From the NCBI GenBank assembly GCA_029252265.1, contig JAQXBT010000001.1, positions 3,286 through 67,285 of the forward strand: 64,000 bases of DNA. Reading direction: 5' to 3'. Of this stretch, positions 1 to 10,320 are shown piece after piece; the stretch's first letter is position 1; every line of letters starts with the position of its first letter. Source of the DNA: Flavobacteriaceae bacterium (GTDB taxonomy: Bacteria; Bacteroidota; Bacteroidia; Flavobacteriales; Flavobacteriaceae). A program made the position numbers and the translations under genes. The notes below the pieces were generated by a model that was given only the letters and a program-made list of their open reading frames with translations, was not told the DNA's origin and did not search any database.

Positions 1-121
1 CGGTTAAATTAAATTCAGGGCCTGCAAAAGACATGACCCCTGAAATGATCCCTGCATCAAAACCAAAAAGAAAGCCTCCTAAGGATACTACAAAGGCAAT
101 AAAGACAAGTTTTGTATTCAT
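1..121 (-). CDS. Sugar porter family MFS transporter, 5' part only (runs off the window edge)
   Basis: Manual translation from ATG at 121: MNTKLVFIAFVVSLGGFLFGFDAGIISGVMSFAGPEFNLT; GGFLFGFDxGxISG is the TM1 signature of sugar porters. Not in the ORF track. Confidence 0.85.
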   Translation of the reverse strand, partial: MNTKLVFIAFVVSLGGFLFGFDAGIISGVMSFAGPEFNLT

Positions 122-138
122 AATTGGTGAATCAAAAT

Positions 139-1617
139 TTAATAAATGAGTGATTGCATTGCTCGTGGTTCAATTTCTAACTGGGTTTCGTTATTCCCGA
201 CAACCAGTTTATAATTTGTTTTTTGATCCGTTGTGTTCATTACAACGGTTACAATTTTTCCGTCTTTGTTTATAAACGAAGTGCTTTCAATAGTACTTCG
301 ACTTGCAGAGGTGCTAACCCGTAAGGCCCCTGGTTTAATAAATTTAGAAAAGTGACCAATATAATAATAAGTCGGCGTATATATAAGTTCTCCTGTTTTT
401 GTGTCGGCATGAATAGGGGCGAAGCAGAAATTTGCGACATGGTTTGGACCTCCTCTTTCATCTAATAAAATATTCCAATCTGTCCAGCCAACTACGCCGC
501 TATTAAAATCGTTGATCATGGAATTTCCATAGCGCTCTGCATTGGGCCAAAAGTGTAATCGTTCTGTAGCAAACCCTTCTTGACAGCCTTCTGTAAATAA
601 TAGGTTTTTGGACGGGAAAGATTCATGGATATTTTTTAAGTTATCATATTTTGGCAAACCACCAGTCCAAGTTTCATACCAATGAAAACCAATGCCCCAA
701 GCATATTTTGACGCTTCTGGATCTTCAAAAATAGTGTTCGCTCTGTTTGTAATTAAATCTCTATTGTGATCCCAAACAACAATATTTTTATCTCCTAAAC
801 CTTCTTTTTCTAGTGTTGGGCCTAAATAGTCTCTTAAGAAATCGCGCTCCTCTTCAGCGGTGTAAATACAAGATTCCCAACGTTGGACTGCCATGGGTTC
901 ATTTTGTATGGTTAATCCCCAGACAGGGATGCCTTCTGCTTCATAGGCTTTGATAAATTTCACGTAATAATTAGCCCAAGCTTGACGAAATTCTGGAAGT
1001 AGTTTTCCGCCTCTTAGCATGTTTTTATTGCTTTTCATAAATGCTGGGGGACTCCAAGGGCTGGCATAAAAAACCAAGTCCTCCTCAATTAATTCAATGG
1101 CTCTTTTTATGAACGGTACTCTTTTCTCCTTGTCTTTTTCGATTGAAAACGTCTTTAATTCAGTATCACCTTCCTCAATATAAGTATGGCTTCCTAAACC
1201 AAAATCACTACTGTGAATACTTGTTCTTATGATATTATAACCAATCCCGTTTTTACCGTATAACGACTGTAATAGTTGGTCTTGTTGTACATCATTTAGC
1301 TTCGAGAAGACGTCAGCCGAAGCATCGGTGATGGCGCCTCCTATTCCTAAATACTCTTGAAATGTTTTTTCTGGATTCACAAAAATTGCAACTTCTGTTT
1401 CTAAGGGTTGCACTTTGGGTTTAAACGTTTGCTCACTTGTTTTTGTCAATCGAAGTTCAGTATCCTTCGCTGTGGTATAAACCTGAAGTGTTTTGAGTTG
1501 GTAATTTTTCACAGATAAAATAGTGCTCGTATTAGTACTTAATTCTTGTTGTTTAGACTTTGAACAAGATACAATTAAAACCAATAGACCTATTAATTTA
1601 CAACGCTTTAAAAACAT
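139..1617 (-). CDS. Glycoside hydrolase family 30 (GH30_1-like, probable beta-1,6-glucosidase/glucanase), lipoprotein
   Basis: 492 aa; GIGGAITD, ASPWSPPAFMK, TIQNEP (acid/base), LLFTEGC (nucleophile), WTDWN..LDERGGPNH; lipobox VSC. Confidence 0.9.
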   Translation of the reverse strand: MFLKRCKLIGLLVLIVSCSKSKQQELSTNTSTILSVKNYQLKTLQVYTTAKDTELRLTKTSEQTFKPKVQPLETEVAIFVNPEKTFQEYLGIGGAITDASADVFSKLNDVQQDQLLQSLYGKNGIGYNIIRTSIHSSDFGLGSHTYIEEGDTELKTFSIEKDKEKRVPFIKRAIELIEEDLVFYASPWSPPAFMKSNKNMLRGGKLLPEFRQAWANYYVKFIKAYEAEGIPVWGLTIQNEPMAVQRWESCIYTAEEERDFLRDYLGPTLEKEGLGDKNIVVWDHNRDLITNRANTIFEDPEASKYAWGIGFHWYETWTGGLPKYDNLKNIHESFPSKNLLFTEGCQEGFATERLHFWPNAERYGNSMINDFNSGVVGWTDWNILLDERGGPNHVANFCFAPIHADTKTGELIYTPTYYYIGHFSKFIKPGALRVSTSASRSTIESTSFINKDGKIVTVVMNTTDQKTNYKLVVGNNETQLEIEPRAMQSLIY

Positions 1618-1631
1618 ATGTTTATGATTTT

Positions 1632-2501
1632 TTATAGTTTAAATTCGTGTTTTACCCAATCAACTTCCATCACCCATTGATCACTTGTCATTGGATAATC
1701 CGTAATTTTGGCAAAGTTTAAAATAGCAAACATTGGTTCTGGGTAAGCATCGCCCAGTTCAACATTACGATAGATTTCTTTGTCATCAACCCGATAAACG
1801 AGATCGCTGCCTTCCCATTCTACAGCATATTCGTGATATGTATTTAAGGTAACGTCAAAGCCTTGACGATAGCTCCACCAATCGCCTTTATCGCATTCCT
1901 CTAAGTTTTTAATAGCACCTGTTGTAAAATGATCTTTTTGATGATCCCCATGGTGTTCAAAAATATCAATTTCACCTGAGCCTGTCAAGGGCCAGCAAAC
2001 CGTTTCATCAGCTTCTTGCACTGGTGGCTCATTATTTTGAGCGCCTAATAGCCACCAAGCTGGAAACATACTAGGTTCCCCATTACTCCATAATTTCAAT
2101 CGTGCAGTCCATTTGCCTTTAATAAACTCTTTTTTGTTTTTTGAAGTGATACGGCCTGCAACATATTCTGTGTCAGGGTGTTGTTTTCCATACTTATCCA
2201 AATTATCACAGCTTCGTTTTTCGTCAATTTTGAGAACCTTTAATTTTAAGGTACCATTACTAACTTCTCGTGTTTCATATTCATTATCTGGCACATAGCA
2301 ATGGGTTTCATTGTTTACCCAAATACGTTGATCTTGCCAATTATTTGAATTAAAAGTATTAAAATTATCTAAGAAATCTATTTCCCAGACGTTACTAGTT
2401 TCTTTGTCATTTGAATATTTTTTGTGTGTATTCTTACACGATAATTGGCTGATGCCAATGATCATAATTCCTAATACATATAAATAATATGCTTTGTTCA
2501 T
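1632..2501 (-). CDS. Glycoside hydrolase family 16 beta-glucanase, probable lipoprotein
   Basis: 289 aa; PAWWLLG and catalytic GEIDIFE (ExDxxE); YHEYAVEW, MEVDWVK; lipobox QLSC. Confidence 0.85.
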   Translation of the reverse strand: MNKAYYLYVLGIMIIGISQLSCKNTHKKYSNDKETSNVWEIDFLDNFNTFNSNNWQDQRIWVNNETHCYVPDNEYETREVSNGTLKLKVLKIDEKRSCDNLDKYGKQHPDTEYVAGRITSKNKKEFIKGKWTARLKLWSNGEPSMFPAWWLLGAQNNEPPVQEADETVCWPLTGSGEIDIFEHHGDHQKDHFTTGAIKNLEECDKGDWWSYRQGFDVTLNTYHEYAVEWEGSDLVYRVDDKEIYRNVELGDAYPEPMFAILNFAKITDYPMTSDQWVMEVDWVKHEFKL

Positions 2502-2553
2502 AATTCTATTTATTTAATGAAATGAGGGCTTAGTTTTTATTTTTTGATCCTAT

Positions 2554-3255
2554 CTAGTTTACAGCGAACTCAAAAATTTGAGAATCGGAGGTGTTTCCAA
2601 CCTGATCGGTTGTGACCACTTTCCAATAATAGACTTGACCAGAAGCAACGGTTATTCCTAGGTTGGTATTACTTGTGTCTCCCACTTCTGTGATCGGGGG
2701 GTTCACAGTATCAACCCATAGTGTATAGGAGGCAATATCATTATCAACATCTGATGCTTCCCATTCGACTGTAATTGATCCCGCATTGACAGTTGTACCC
2801 GATTGAGGACTGATTGCTTCAGCAGGAAAAGGGGCATGGCTTTCTTCTTGGAGTCCTGCACTGTAAAACTTCCAAATGGAACTTTCAGCTGTATCGGTAG
2901 TACCACTAACTAAAGATTTCACGGACCAAGAATAGGCGACTCCTCTTAAAATACGAATCAGAAATTCATTTGTAATTGTACTGATGTTTCTAGAAGTACC
3001 CTCATTTAAATTGGTGATTTCTAAAATATACGAGCTGGCATTTGTAGCCTCCTCCCACTGAAACAATACTTCGGTTTCAGTTTCAGAAATAACCGCACCT
3101 TCGTTACATTCTGTATTGTTTTCAGGAAACAGAAGCGTTGCTTGTGTTGGTGGGTCTACAGAGTCGATCTCTGATCCATTTTCATCACTACTACAGGATG
3201 CACCTAGGAGTATTAAACTCAAACAAGTTGGGATTAGTTTTTTGAACGTATTCAT
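2554..3255 (-). CDS. Lipoprotein with two Fn3/Ig-like repeats, function unknown
   Basis: 233 aa; LGASC followed by acidic SSDE; two repeats of P-x-N/G...W...Y...Y-x-W-x-V; start overlaps the upstream stop by 4 nt. Confidence 0.7.
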   Translation of the reverse strand: MNTFKKLIPTCLSLILLGASCSSDENGSEIDSVDPPTQATLLFPENNTECNEGAVISETETEVLFQWEEATNASSYILEITNLNEGTSRNISTITNEFLIRILRGVAYSWSVKSLVSGTTDTAESSIWKFYSAGLQEESHAPFPAEAISPQSGTTVNAGSITVEWEASDVDNDIASYTLWVDTVNPPITEVGDTSNTNLGITVASGQVYYWKVVTTDQVGNTSDSQIFEFAVN

Positions 3256-6200
3256 TGCTTTACAATTTTATAATTATAGGTGTTTTCTGGGGTCACTATT
3301 TTTAGTATAAATAATCCATTAACGAGTTCCGACAAATCAACCTTAATTTCATTAGTGGTTGCGTTGTATGTTTTAGACACGACTCGTTTTCCTGTTATAT
3401 CGTAGATTTCTATAGGGAGTGTAGCCCTGTTTAGGAGATGAGTGCTAATAAATAGCTGATTATTTACTGGATTTGGATATACCAAAGGTTCAGTATTTAT
3501 AATGATGGTCTTTTCATAAACCCCTTGACATTCTTTGTTTGATTTCACGGATATCTTATTTACACCACTGACTAACTGCAATTCCGTTTCATTTTCAGCC
3601 GTTATAAGTGTTTCGTTATTTAGGGTCACATAATATAACTCGCCACCCTCAAGTGAGAGAGTTGCAACGAATGAATTTACAGATCTATTTGTGTTAACGA
3701 TTAACGCTTCTGGCTCATTGACGACGACTGTGAAACACTGTTCATAGTCAGATTGTCCATCAATCGTAATGCATAATGTATAGATACCAGCAGATAGGTT
3801 TTCGAAATTAATTTCTGAAGTAAACGTTTCAGTGGCCGTGTAGTCTCCTCGAGTAATCACAACGTTATAGGTGTCGTTTTCTACAGCAGATAACGCAATA
3901 TGACCATTATTTGAAGATCGGCATGTTTCACTCAACACAGCTATTGCAAAGTTTTCAAGTGGTAAATTGAAAATGGGACACCCTGTGACATTTACGGTCG
4001 TATTTGCAGGTGTATTTGGACAGGCATCGTCACCATCCAAAACACCATCTCCATCACTATCAGGATAATCAAACTCCATCCAATTAAAATTAAAACCACC
4101 TGATAATATTCGCATTCTTAATGTATGCACTCCTTTTTCAATGGTTAAATTGTCAGCAACCGTTTCCCACGTTTGCCAGCCATTTGTAATCACCGTATTC
4201 ATGACAATTAGCTCGGTTTCAACAGCGTTTTCATCAACACTGTACAATCCAATTTTCCCTACGCTAAATCCAGAAACCCTCAGTTTTATCCCATACAAAC
4301 TTGTTTGAGGCACATAAATAGAATAGTCGGCATAATCACCTGAGTCTGTGTAACCAAAATTTTGACCACCACCTTCATCAGAAGTGTCTTCGAGTCCCAT
4401 ACCTTCCATAAATTCGTAATCCTCAACTTGGATCACCGTCGGAATTATGGCCCGGTCTTTAGCGATATTGTTGATTACTAAATCTGAAAAAGTATTTAAT
4501 GTTTTATTTGATTGCGATTGAATTGTTGTTCCTGAATAACTAACCGTGATGTCATCCCCTAATAGAAAGAAATCATCTAGATTTAGAACCATCAAGCGTG
4601 CTCTTAATGGATCTGATATTACAGAAGTAACCGTCTTTTGGATCCCATTTATAAGCACCGTGAATTGGTCAGAAGTTGCATTTAATGATGTTGGTAAAAT
4701 AGATTCGCTTATGGTGATTTCTAAAGCGTTTTCACTCTCTCCAGTTTTACCATTTAAGGCATTTAAAGCAAGGGCATCAACCGTCCCAGTGTTTTCAAAT
4801 TCAATGCTACTTATATTGAAAGGGATATCATTATTAATATGAAATTTTAAACGGTGTTCCCCAGCTGGAAGAATAATATCTGAAACTTCAAATGTAGAAA
4901 ATTGTGACCAACCGCCTGTTGAATTCACCACTTGTGTTGTTGTTACTTCTTGATCATCAATTGAAAGAAAAAATTCCCCTCCGGATTCTTGTGTTGCCAA
5001 TCTAATTTTTGCTTTGTAAACAGCAGTTTCATCGATGCTAACTGTATATTTCATCCATTCCCCTTGTTCAACAAAACCGACATGAAATCCATTACTATTA
5101 ATCTGATCCGTATTTTTTTCTATATCGACGCCATCATTTCGATAGGACCAACCACTATTCCATGCGGTGTAATCTCCAGTAGATAAATTATAGTCTCCAA
5201 CAACGTTGTCATAGTATGCAAACTTATTTTTTCCTAAATCAAAATCTGCCATATGAACCACGCCTGGAATTACTGATGGTGTTCCATTAAAAGGGATTGT
5301 CTCATCTGTTTGTACTTGTCGGATCAAAGCATCAGGGACATCTTTTCTATAGCGGCTGTTGTCGACTAATAGATTATCGGCGAGTTTCATCATACTATTA
5401 AAAGCTTCTGTAGCAGTTGGCTCCGGACCATTGCCCTGCCAGTAGTCTAAAATATCCTGATAACCAGAGTTTATATCAATAGCATACGGACTGTCTATAT
5501 CTCCAATTTTACGAACGGCCCACCAGGCCCAACCGATATTATTATCTTCAAAAAGAGAAACGGCATCGGTAAACCAGGTATTTGAATTTTCGCCAGATTC
5601 TCCCATCCAAAGCGGCACATTTTGTTGCTCCCTAAGAGGTAAGATCCAATCCAAATCTCCAGGATTATTGTGGTTCCAATATTTATGGAAGCTATACACC
5701 ATATTGGTGTCCCAGGGTGGGGTGAGACCACTATGATCATTGGCATACGAGTTTCCTTCGATATACAAAATATGATTTGTGTCTACGCTTCGTATTCCAG
5801 TAGTGATCTCTTCAAAAAGGTCTCTCAGTAGTGTGTTTCCAGGTAAATCCCAGTGTGTTTCATTGATAAGATCATAGCCGCCAATCCACTCATTATCTTT
5901 GTACCTGTCCGCGATTCTCGTCCATAGAGCTACAAGTTTATCCCTGTTTTCTTGGCTTTCCCACAACGATGGTTTACTCGGGTCATAATCATTAATTTCG
6001 GATCCAGCCCCTTGGCCACCTGGCGTGGCATGCATATCTAAAATAACATAGATATCGTGAGCAGCGGACCACGCTAATACATCGTCAATCAATTCAAAAC
6101 CAGTTTCTATCCAAGTATTTTGACCCCCAACAGGCTCCTCTTCGATTGGGAGCGTAAAAAGGTTGTAATGCATCGGGATACGAATACTATTAAACCCCCA

Positions 6201-6506
6201 AGCTGCTAAAGAATCTACATCGCGTTTTGTGAAGTGGTTTTCTCGCCATTTATCATAAAAAGTTTCGGTATTAGCTTCTCCCATTAACTCTGTTAATTTA
6301 TCCTTTATTTCATGCTGAGACCCTGCAAAGCCAGAGGTTTGCATCATGTAACCTTCCATAATTTGCCAACCACCAGGTCCATATCCTCTTAAAAGAACTT
6401 CTTCGTTATTAGAATTCACTAATTTAGTTCCTTGCGTGTGAAGCCCTTGACTCCAACTGAACGTCGAAAGAACTATGAAGCTAATAAAAAGTATTAAATT
6501 TTTCAT
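3252..6506 (-). CDS. T9SS-secreted multimodular GH5 (GH5_46-like) glucanase with two CBM6-like modules, a TSP3 repeat and a type A CTD
   Basis: 1084 aa; WGFNSIRIPMHY, GYDLINE, LWMGESGEN; two CBM6-like modules ending TGGWSQF and TNGWQTW; DSDGDGVLDGDDACPNTP; C-terminal VYPNPV...IYDITGK...YKIVKQ. Confidence 0.88.
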   Translation of the reverse strand: MKNLILFISFIVLSTFSWSQGLHTQGTKLVNSNNEEVLLRGYGPGGWQIMEGYMMQTSGFAGSQHEIKDKLTELMGEANTETFYDKWRENHFTKRDVDSLAAWGFNSIRIPMHYNLFTLPIEEEPVGGQNTWIETGFELIDDVLAWSAAHDIYVILDMHATPGGQGAGSEINDYDPSKPSLWESQENRDKLVALWTRIADRYKDNEWIGGYDLINETHWDLPGNTLLRDLFEEITTGIRSVDTNHILYIEGNSYANDHSGLTPPWDTNMVYSFHKYWNHNNPGDLDWILPLREQQNVPLWMGESGENSNTWFTDAVSLFEDNNIGWAWWAVRKIGDIDSPYAIDINSGYQDILDYWQGNGPEPTATEAFNSMMKLADNLLVDNSRYRKDVPDALIRQVQTDETIPFNGTPSVIPGVVHMADFDLGKNKFAYYDNVVGDYNLSTGDYTAWNSGWSYRNDGVDIEKNTDQINSNGFHVGFVEQGEWMKYTVSIDETAVYKAKIRLATQESGGEFFLSIDDQEVTTTQVVNSTGGWSQFSTFEVSDIILPAGEHRLKFHINNDIPFNISSIEFENTGTVDALALNALNGKTGESENALEITISESILPTSLNATSDQFTVLINGIQKTVTSVISDPLRARLMVLNLDDFFLLGDDITVSYSGTTIQSQSNKTLNTFSDLVINNIAKDRAIIPTVIQVEDYEFMEGMGLEDTSDEGGGQNFGYTDSGDYADYSIYVPQTSLYGIKLRVSGFSVGKIGLYSVDENAVETELIVMNTVITNGWQTWETVADNLTIEKGVHTLRMRILSGGFNFNWMEFDYPDSDGDGVLDGDDACPNTPANTTVNVTGCPIFNLPLENFAIAVLSETCRSSNNGHIALSAVENDTYNVVITRGDYTATETFTSEINFENLSAGIYTLCITIDGQSDYEQCFTVVVNEPEALIVNTNRSVNSFVATLSLEGGELYYVTLNNETLITAENETELQLVSGVNKISVKSNKECQGVYEKTIIINTEPLVYPNPVNNQLFISTHLLNRATLPIEIYDITGKRVVSKTYNATTNEIKVDLSELVNGLFILKIVTPENTYNYKIVKQ

Positions 6507-6629
6507 TTTGTATATGTTGTAATTTTTAAAAGGAGCTGTACTTAATGTTACTCAAGTTCGTGATCCTACGGCTATAATCTTGCACTATTTACCGCTCTTA
6601 ATTTAGATTTGTAAATCGCAAAATAATTT

Positions 6630-6670
6630 AAAAGAGACACGTTCTATTTTTTTAAAACACCGCCTCTTTT
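6630..6670 (-). terminator. Probable intrinsic terminator/stem-loop between the PKD lipoprotein and GH5
   Basis: Minus strand AAAAGAGGCGGTGTT-N12-AACGTGTCTCTTTT; pairs using G-U; short U tract. Confidence 0.5.
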
Positions 6671-6692
6671 TTGTAATTATTTAAATTTCGAA

Positions 6693-8519
6693 TTACTGTC
6701 TTAACAAGGACCAGTTGTCTAAAACAATCCCATCAGGCCCCCACTGTCCACCACCAGATCTAAATAACAGATAATAGGTCCCAGTGGTTGTAATTTCAAA
6801 TTGCCCAGGGTTATCAGTAGCATCACAAGCTCCTGCAACGGCCGAACCAGAATAGGTTTTTATACTACCACAGTCCCATGCGTTATAGGCTTTCAGGACA
6901 TTCTGGTCTCCATTGTAGTCGCCCGTGTTTTCAACAGGTTGAGTTGCACCAATATATACTTCACCCCAAACGTCATTTATGTTAGCATAAGTCATGTCCA
7001 TATCAAATTGATAGGTTCCTGGGTCTAAAGTAACTTCGGTATATATGGCCCAGTGTTTCCATTCGCTAGGGCTTTCTGTTTCTGCAAATTTTGCCACCCC
7101 ATCGGCGATGGTGACGGAACCAATTCCATTATCAGAAGCGTCGATATTAATAATAGTCCAACCACTTGCATCCTCAAAACTTCCATTTGTAATAAGATTG
7201 GTGATAACAGCTGCTTCGACGGTCACTTCAGTGGAAGCCTCATTAGAAATTGCGGCATCATTCGTGGCTATTAATGTCACTGTATATGTACCTTCTGTTG
7301 CATAGGAATACACAGGGTTTTTATCTGTGGATGTGCCTGAGCTATCGCCAAAGTCCCAGGAATAAGTTGTGGCATTTGTAGACGTATTTGTGAAGGTTGC
7401 CGTAAGATTAGAGGCATCGAATGTAAAACTAGCAACTGGTGCTACAGCAGGGTCAATGACCGTAACTTCTTTTATGATTTCTGCAGAACCGGTCTCATTT
7501 GTAGCTGTTAAAATTACTGAATAGTTTCCGCCTTCAGAATAAGTATAACTCGGATTTTCATCTGTGGATGTGCCTGAGCCATCGCCAAAATCCCAAGAAT
7601 AACTTGTAGCATTCGCAGAGTCGTTTGTGAAGTTTGTGGTGAGATCAGAGGTTTCAAAATCAAAGCCAGCGACCACAGCAAGCGCAAATGATCCAAGGGA
7701 TCGAACGGTTACATTATCTATGGTAACGCCCTCGGCACCATAATTAGACCCACCACCTCGGATCACTAAATAGGCTGTTCCAGCGGTTGGGAATTCAAAA
7801 ATCCCCCCTGAACCGACACAACTATAGGCTGCAAAATCGCCATCAAAGGGCTCGCCTCCACAACCTTCCCAAGTGTTTAGGGCTAATCGCATTCCTCCAT
7901 CGGTATAGTCTTGACCTTCAACAGGAGTTTCGGTACCCACATAGACTTCAAACCAAGAATCGGACAAAGGCCCTCCTTTAATATCCATTGAAATTTGATA
8001 TTCGTTGTTTGCTAATACCTGTATAGGTTGGTAAATACCAACTTGTCCAAAACCGCCGCCTGTCCAATGGGCTTCATTGGTATCAAAGGAAATATCGACA
8101 CCCTCAGAAATTGGTAAAACAATCCATGGATCACTGCCATTAAATTCACCATTTTCAATAAGGTTAGGCGCTTTTAAGTCATCATTGATAACAATTGTTT
8201 GAATGGATTCTGCAACACCACCCTCGGTGAATATTTTAAATCTAACATTATAATCGCCACGATCAAAAAAGATCTTACTGGCTTCATACCCTTCAGCTGA
8301 AGAATTATCACCAAAATCCCAGTGTGTGTACCAATTTGCATCATTTGGAGCGGCTGTAAAAATCACTCTATTTGGGTTTTCAGAATCAAATGCGAAAGTA
8401 AAAAGAGCATCTTCGCTAGTTGGGGGCACAGCCGCCACTTCGTCGTCATCTGCACATCCCGTAGAAATCAAAATAATTCCTACCATTAAAATCCTACTTA
8501 AAAATTGTATTGTTTTCAT
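6693..8519 (-). CDS. Surface glycan-binding lipoprotein: three PKD domains plus two CBM-like beta-sandwich modules
   Basis: 608 aa; lipobox STGC then ADDDE; three WDFGD PKD motifs; two NL-x-x-NG-x-F...DN modules; lies directly after susD. Confidence 0.8.
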   Translation of the reverse strand: MKTIQFLSRILMVGIILISTGCADDDEVAAVPPTSEDALFTFAFDSENPNRVIFTAAPNDANWYTHWDFGDNSSAEGYEASKIFFDRGDYNVRFKIFTEGGVAESIQTIVINDDLKAPNLIENGEFNGSDPWIVLPISEGVDISFDTNEAHWTGGGFGQVGIYQPIQVLANNEYQISMDIKGGPLSDSWFEVYVGTETPVEGQDYTDGGMRLALNTWEGCGGEPFDGDFAAYSCVGSGGIFEFPTAGTAYLVIRGGGSNYGAEGVTIDNVTVRSLGSFALAVVAGFDFETSDLTTNFTNDSANATSYSWDFGDGSGTSTDENPSYTYSEGGNYSVILTATNETGSAEIIKEVTVIDPAVAPVASFTFDASNLTATFTNTSTNATTYSWDFGDSSGTSTDKNPVYSYATEGTYTVTLIATNDAAISNEASTEVTVEAAVITNLITNGSFEDASGWTIINIDASDNGIGSVTIADGVAKFAETESPSEWKHWAIYTEVTLDPGTYQFDMDMTYANINDVWGEVYIGATQPVENTGDYNGDQNVLKAYNAWDCGSIKTYSGSAVAGACDATDNPGQFEITTTGTYYLLFRSGGGQWGPDGIVLDNWSLLRQ

Positions 8520-8543
8520 GTGTTATTTTTTAAGAGTTACGCA

Positions 8544-10310
8544 TTAGTAACCTGGGTTTTCTATAAGATTATCATTGTTGTTTCGTCTATCTTGACCTAT
8601 TGGTAAATAATAGTGTCGTTCATAAAAATGCATCGGTAATGCTTCCGCATCAAAAGTCTCATAGGTAAATGTCTCATTTCCTGCGGCATCAATGTGTCTA
8701 AGCGTTCTCACCCCTTCAACCTGAATACTCAACGCTTCTTCGGCTATACGCCATCTTCTCACATCCCAATAGCGATGATCCTCAAACGCAAGTTCCAGTT
8801 TTCGTTCATTACGAATCCGATCTTTTAATGCATCACCCGAATACGGTTCTAAACGGAGATTTGCTGTAAGTCCAGCTCTGGTTCTAATCATTTCAATGTA
8901 GTCTCTTGCAGGCGCTTCCATTCCTAATTCTATCGCAGCTTCTGCGGCATTTAGGTATTGCTCTCCCAATCTGAAAATAAGACAATCCTGACCAGAGTAA
9001 TATTGTGGTACAAAAAGAGGGGAATCACCATCTTCCAGGTGTTTTCTCACATAGAACCCTGTTTTTGTAGCATCGGGATGGACCCCAAGGCCATCTTTTC
9101 CAATACCGGTTCCACTTCCAGTGTCAATACTTCCGCCAGTTTCTGTACCATACCATATTTGTACGGGTAAGCCTTGAAATATATCATTGTTTGTTAATAT
9201 GGTCCCTCTAAGGCGTGGATCACGATTTTCCCAAGGGTTTTTTTCATCATAACCAGAACCGCTTTCACTTGGTAAAAGCCCCGTACTCAATACTTCATAA
9301 CTATCTACAAGTTGTTTTGTTGGAGACATACTTGCTCCCCAATCTAATCGGTAGCTAAACGGTACATTATGTAAATCATACTCATGTCCTTTTTCGAAAG
9401 GAATCCAAATTTTGGTAAAGATGGCTTCATCATCCGTTTCATCAAGGAACAAATTCGCATAATTAGTAGATGGATCAGAATATTGATTAAATAACAAATA
9501 TCCGCCTTCTGTGATGACTGTTTGAGAAGCACTTAAAGATGTTTGGTAATAAGCATCTGCAGCGGAAGCAGGAATTCCGACAACTCCATCGAGTTGAACG
9601 GTTCCGTATTTTGCAATACTACCGGCATATAAAGCGGCTCTAGACTCTAAAGATTTAGCGGCCCATTTTGGCGCTCTTCCCTTTTGAGAAGCCCATCTGT
9701 TTGGTAATAAATCAAATGCTGCTTGTGCATCGGATAAAACTTGATCATAGACTTCTTTCTCCGTATTTCTAGGTGGAAATAATTCCTCCTGTGGCGTGGA
9801 GTCTGGATTCTGAGGGACAAGAATAATAGGGACACCTCCATAGCGTTTTGCTAGCGCAAAATAACAGTAGGCTCTTAGGAAATGCATTTCACCGATCCGG
9901 TTGTTGCGTTCTTCAATACTAAGGACTGTTGTAGGTGTTTGTTCTAAATTTTCGATGGAATAATTAATTTTCCATATGAGATCATAGCCCCACCAATCTA
10001 GAGGCCAATTGTTGTTAGCCGTTCCCCATATACCGGGTCTGTATTGGTTATGCAATCCGGTCCAAGCATAGGTGCCACGTGCTAAGTCAGAAATGGCATC
10101 TCTTTGAGATCCACCAACATCCCAAAAGCTTTCTAAGTAATCCCAAGGCATTCTATCGTAAATTTTAAATAGATAGGTATCCATGAGGGCTTTGTCATTC
10201 CAGACATCATTTTCAGTGATTCTATCTAATGGAGGCTCGTTCAAAAAGTCATCATCACAAGTAATGAAAGAGAACGCTAGGAGTGCAAAAATTATGTTTA
10301 TACGTTTCAT
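8544..10310 (-). CDS. susD: RagB/SusD family glycan-binding lipoprotein (PUL-A)
   Basis: Start moved to ATG at 10310 (MKRINII, lipobox FITC-DDD); GEMHFLRAYCYF, YGGVP, RDPRL, ERKLELAFEDHRYWDVRRW, ENPGY. Confidence 0.93.
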   Translation of the reverse strand: MKRINIIFALLAFSFITCDDDFLNEPPLDRITENDVWNDKALMDTYLFKIYDRMPWDYLESFWDVGGSQRDAISDLARGTYAWTGLHNQYRPGIWGTANNNWPLDWWGYDLIWKINYSIENLEQTPTTVLSIEERNNRIGEMHFLRAYCYFALAKRYGGVPIILVPQNPDSTPQEELFPPRNTEKEVYDQVLSDAQAAFDLLPNRWASQKGRAPKWAAKSLESRAALYAGSIAKYGTVQLDGVVGIPASAADAYYQTSLSASQTVITEGGYLLFNQYSDPSTNYANLFLDETDDEAIFTKIWIPFEKGHEYDLHNVPFSYRLDWGASMSPTKQLVDSYEVLSTGLLPSESGSGYDEKNPWENRDPRLRGTILTNNDIFQGLPVQIWYGTETGGSIDTGSGTGIGKDGLGVHPDATKTGFYVRKHLEDGDSPLFVPQYYSGQDCLIFRLGEQYLNAAEAAIELGMEAPARDYIEMIRTRAGLTANLRLEPYSGDALKDRIRNERKLELAFEDHRYWDVRRWRIAEEALSIQVEGVRTLRHIDAAGNETFTYETFDAEALPMHFYERHYYLPIGQDRRNNNDNLIENPGY

Positions 10311-10320
10311 AGTAATTTTT

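Noticed and set aside
7215-7670. DNA similarity between adjacent PKD domains (TCTGTGGATGTGCCTGAGC occurs twice)
   Set aside because: Ordinary tandem PKD duplication inside a coding region, not a mobile or CRISPR repeat.
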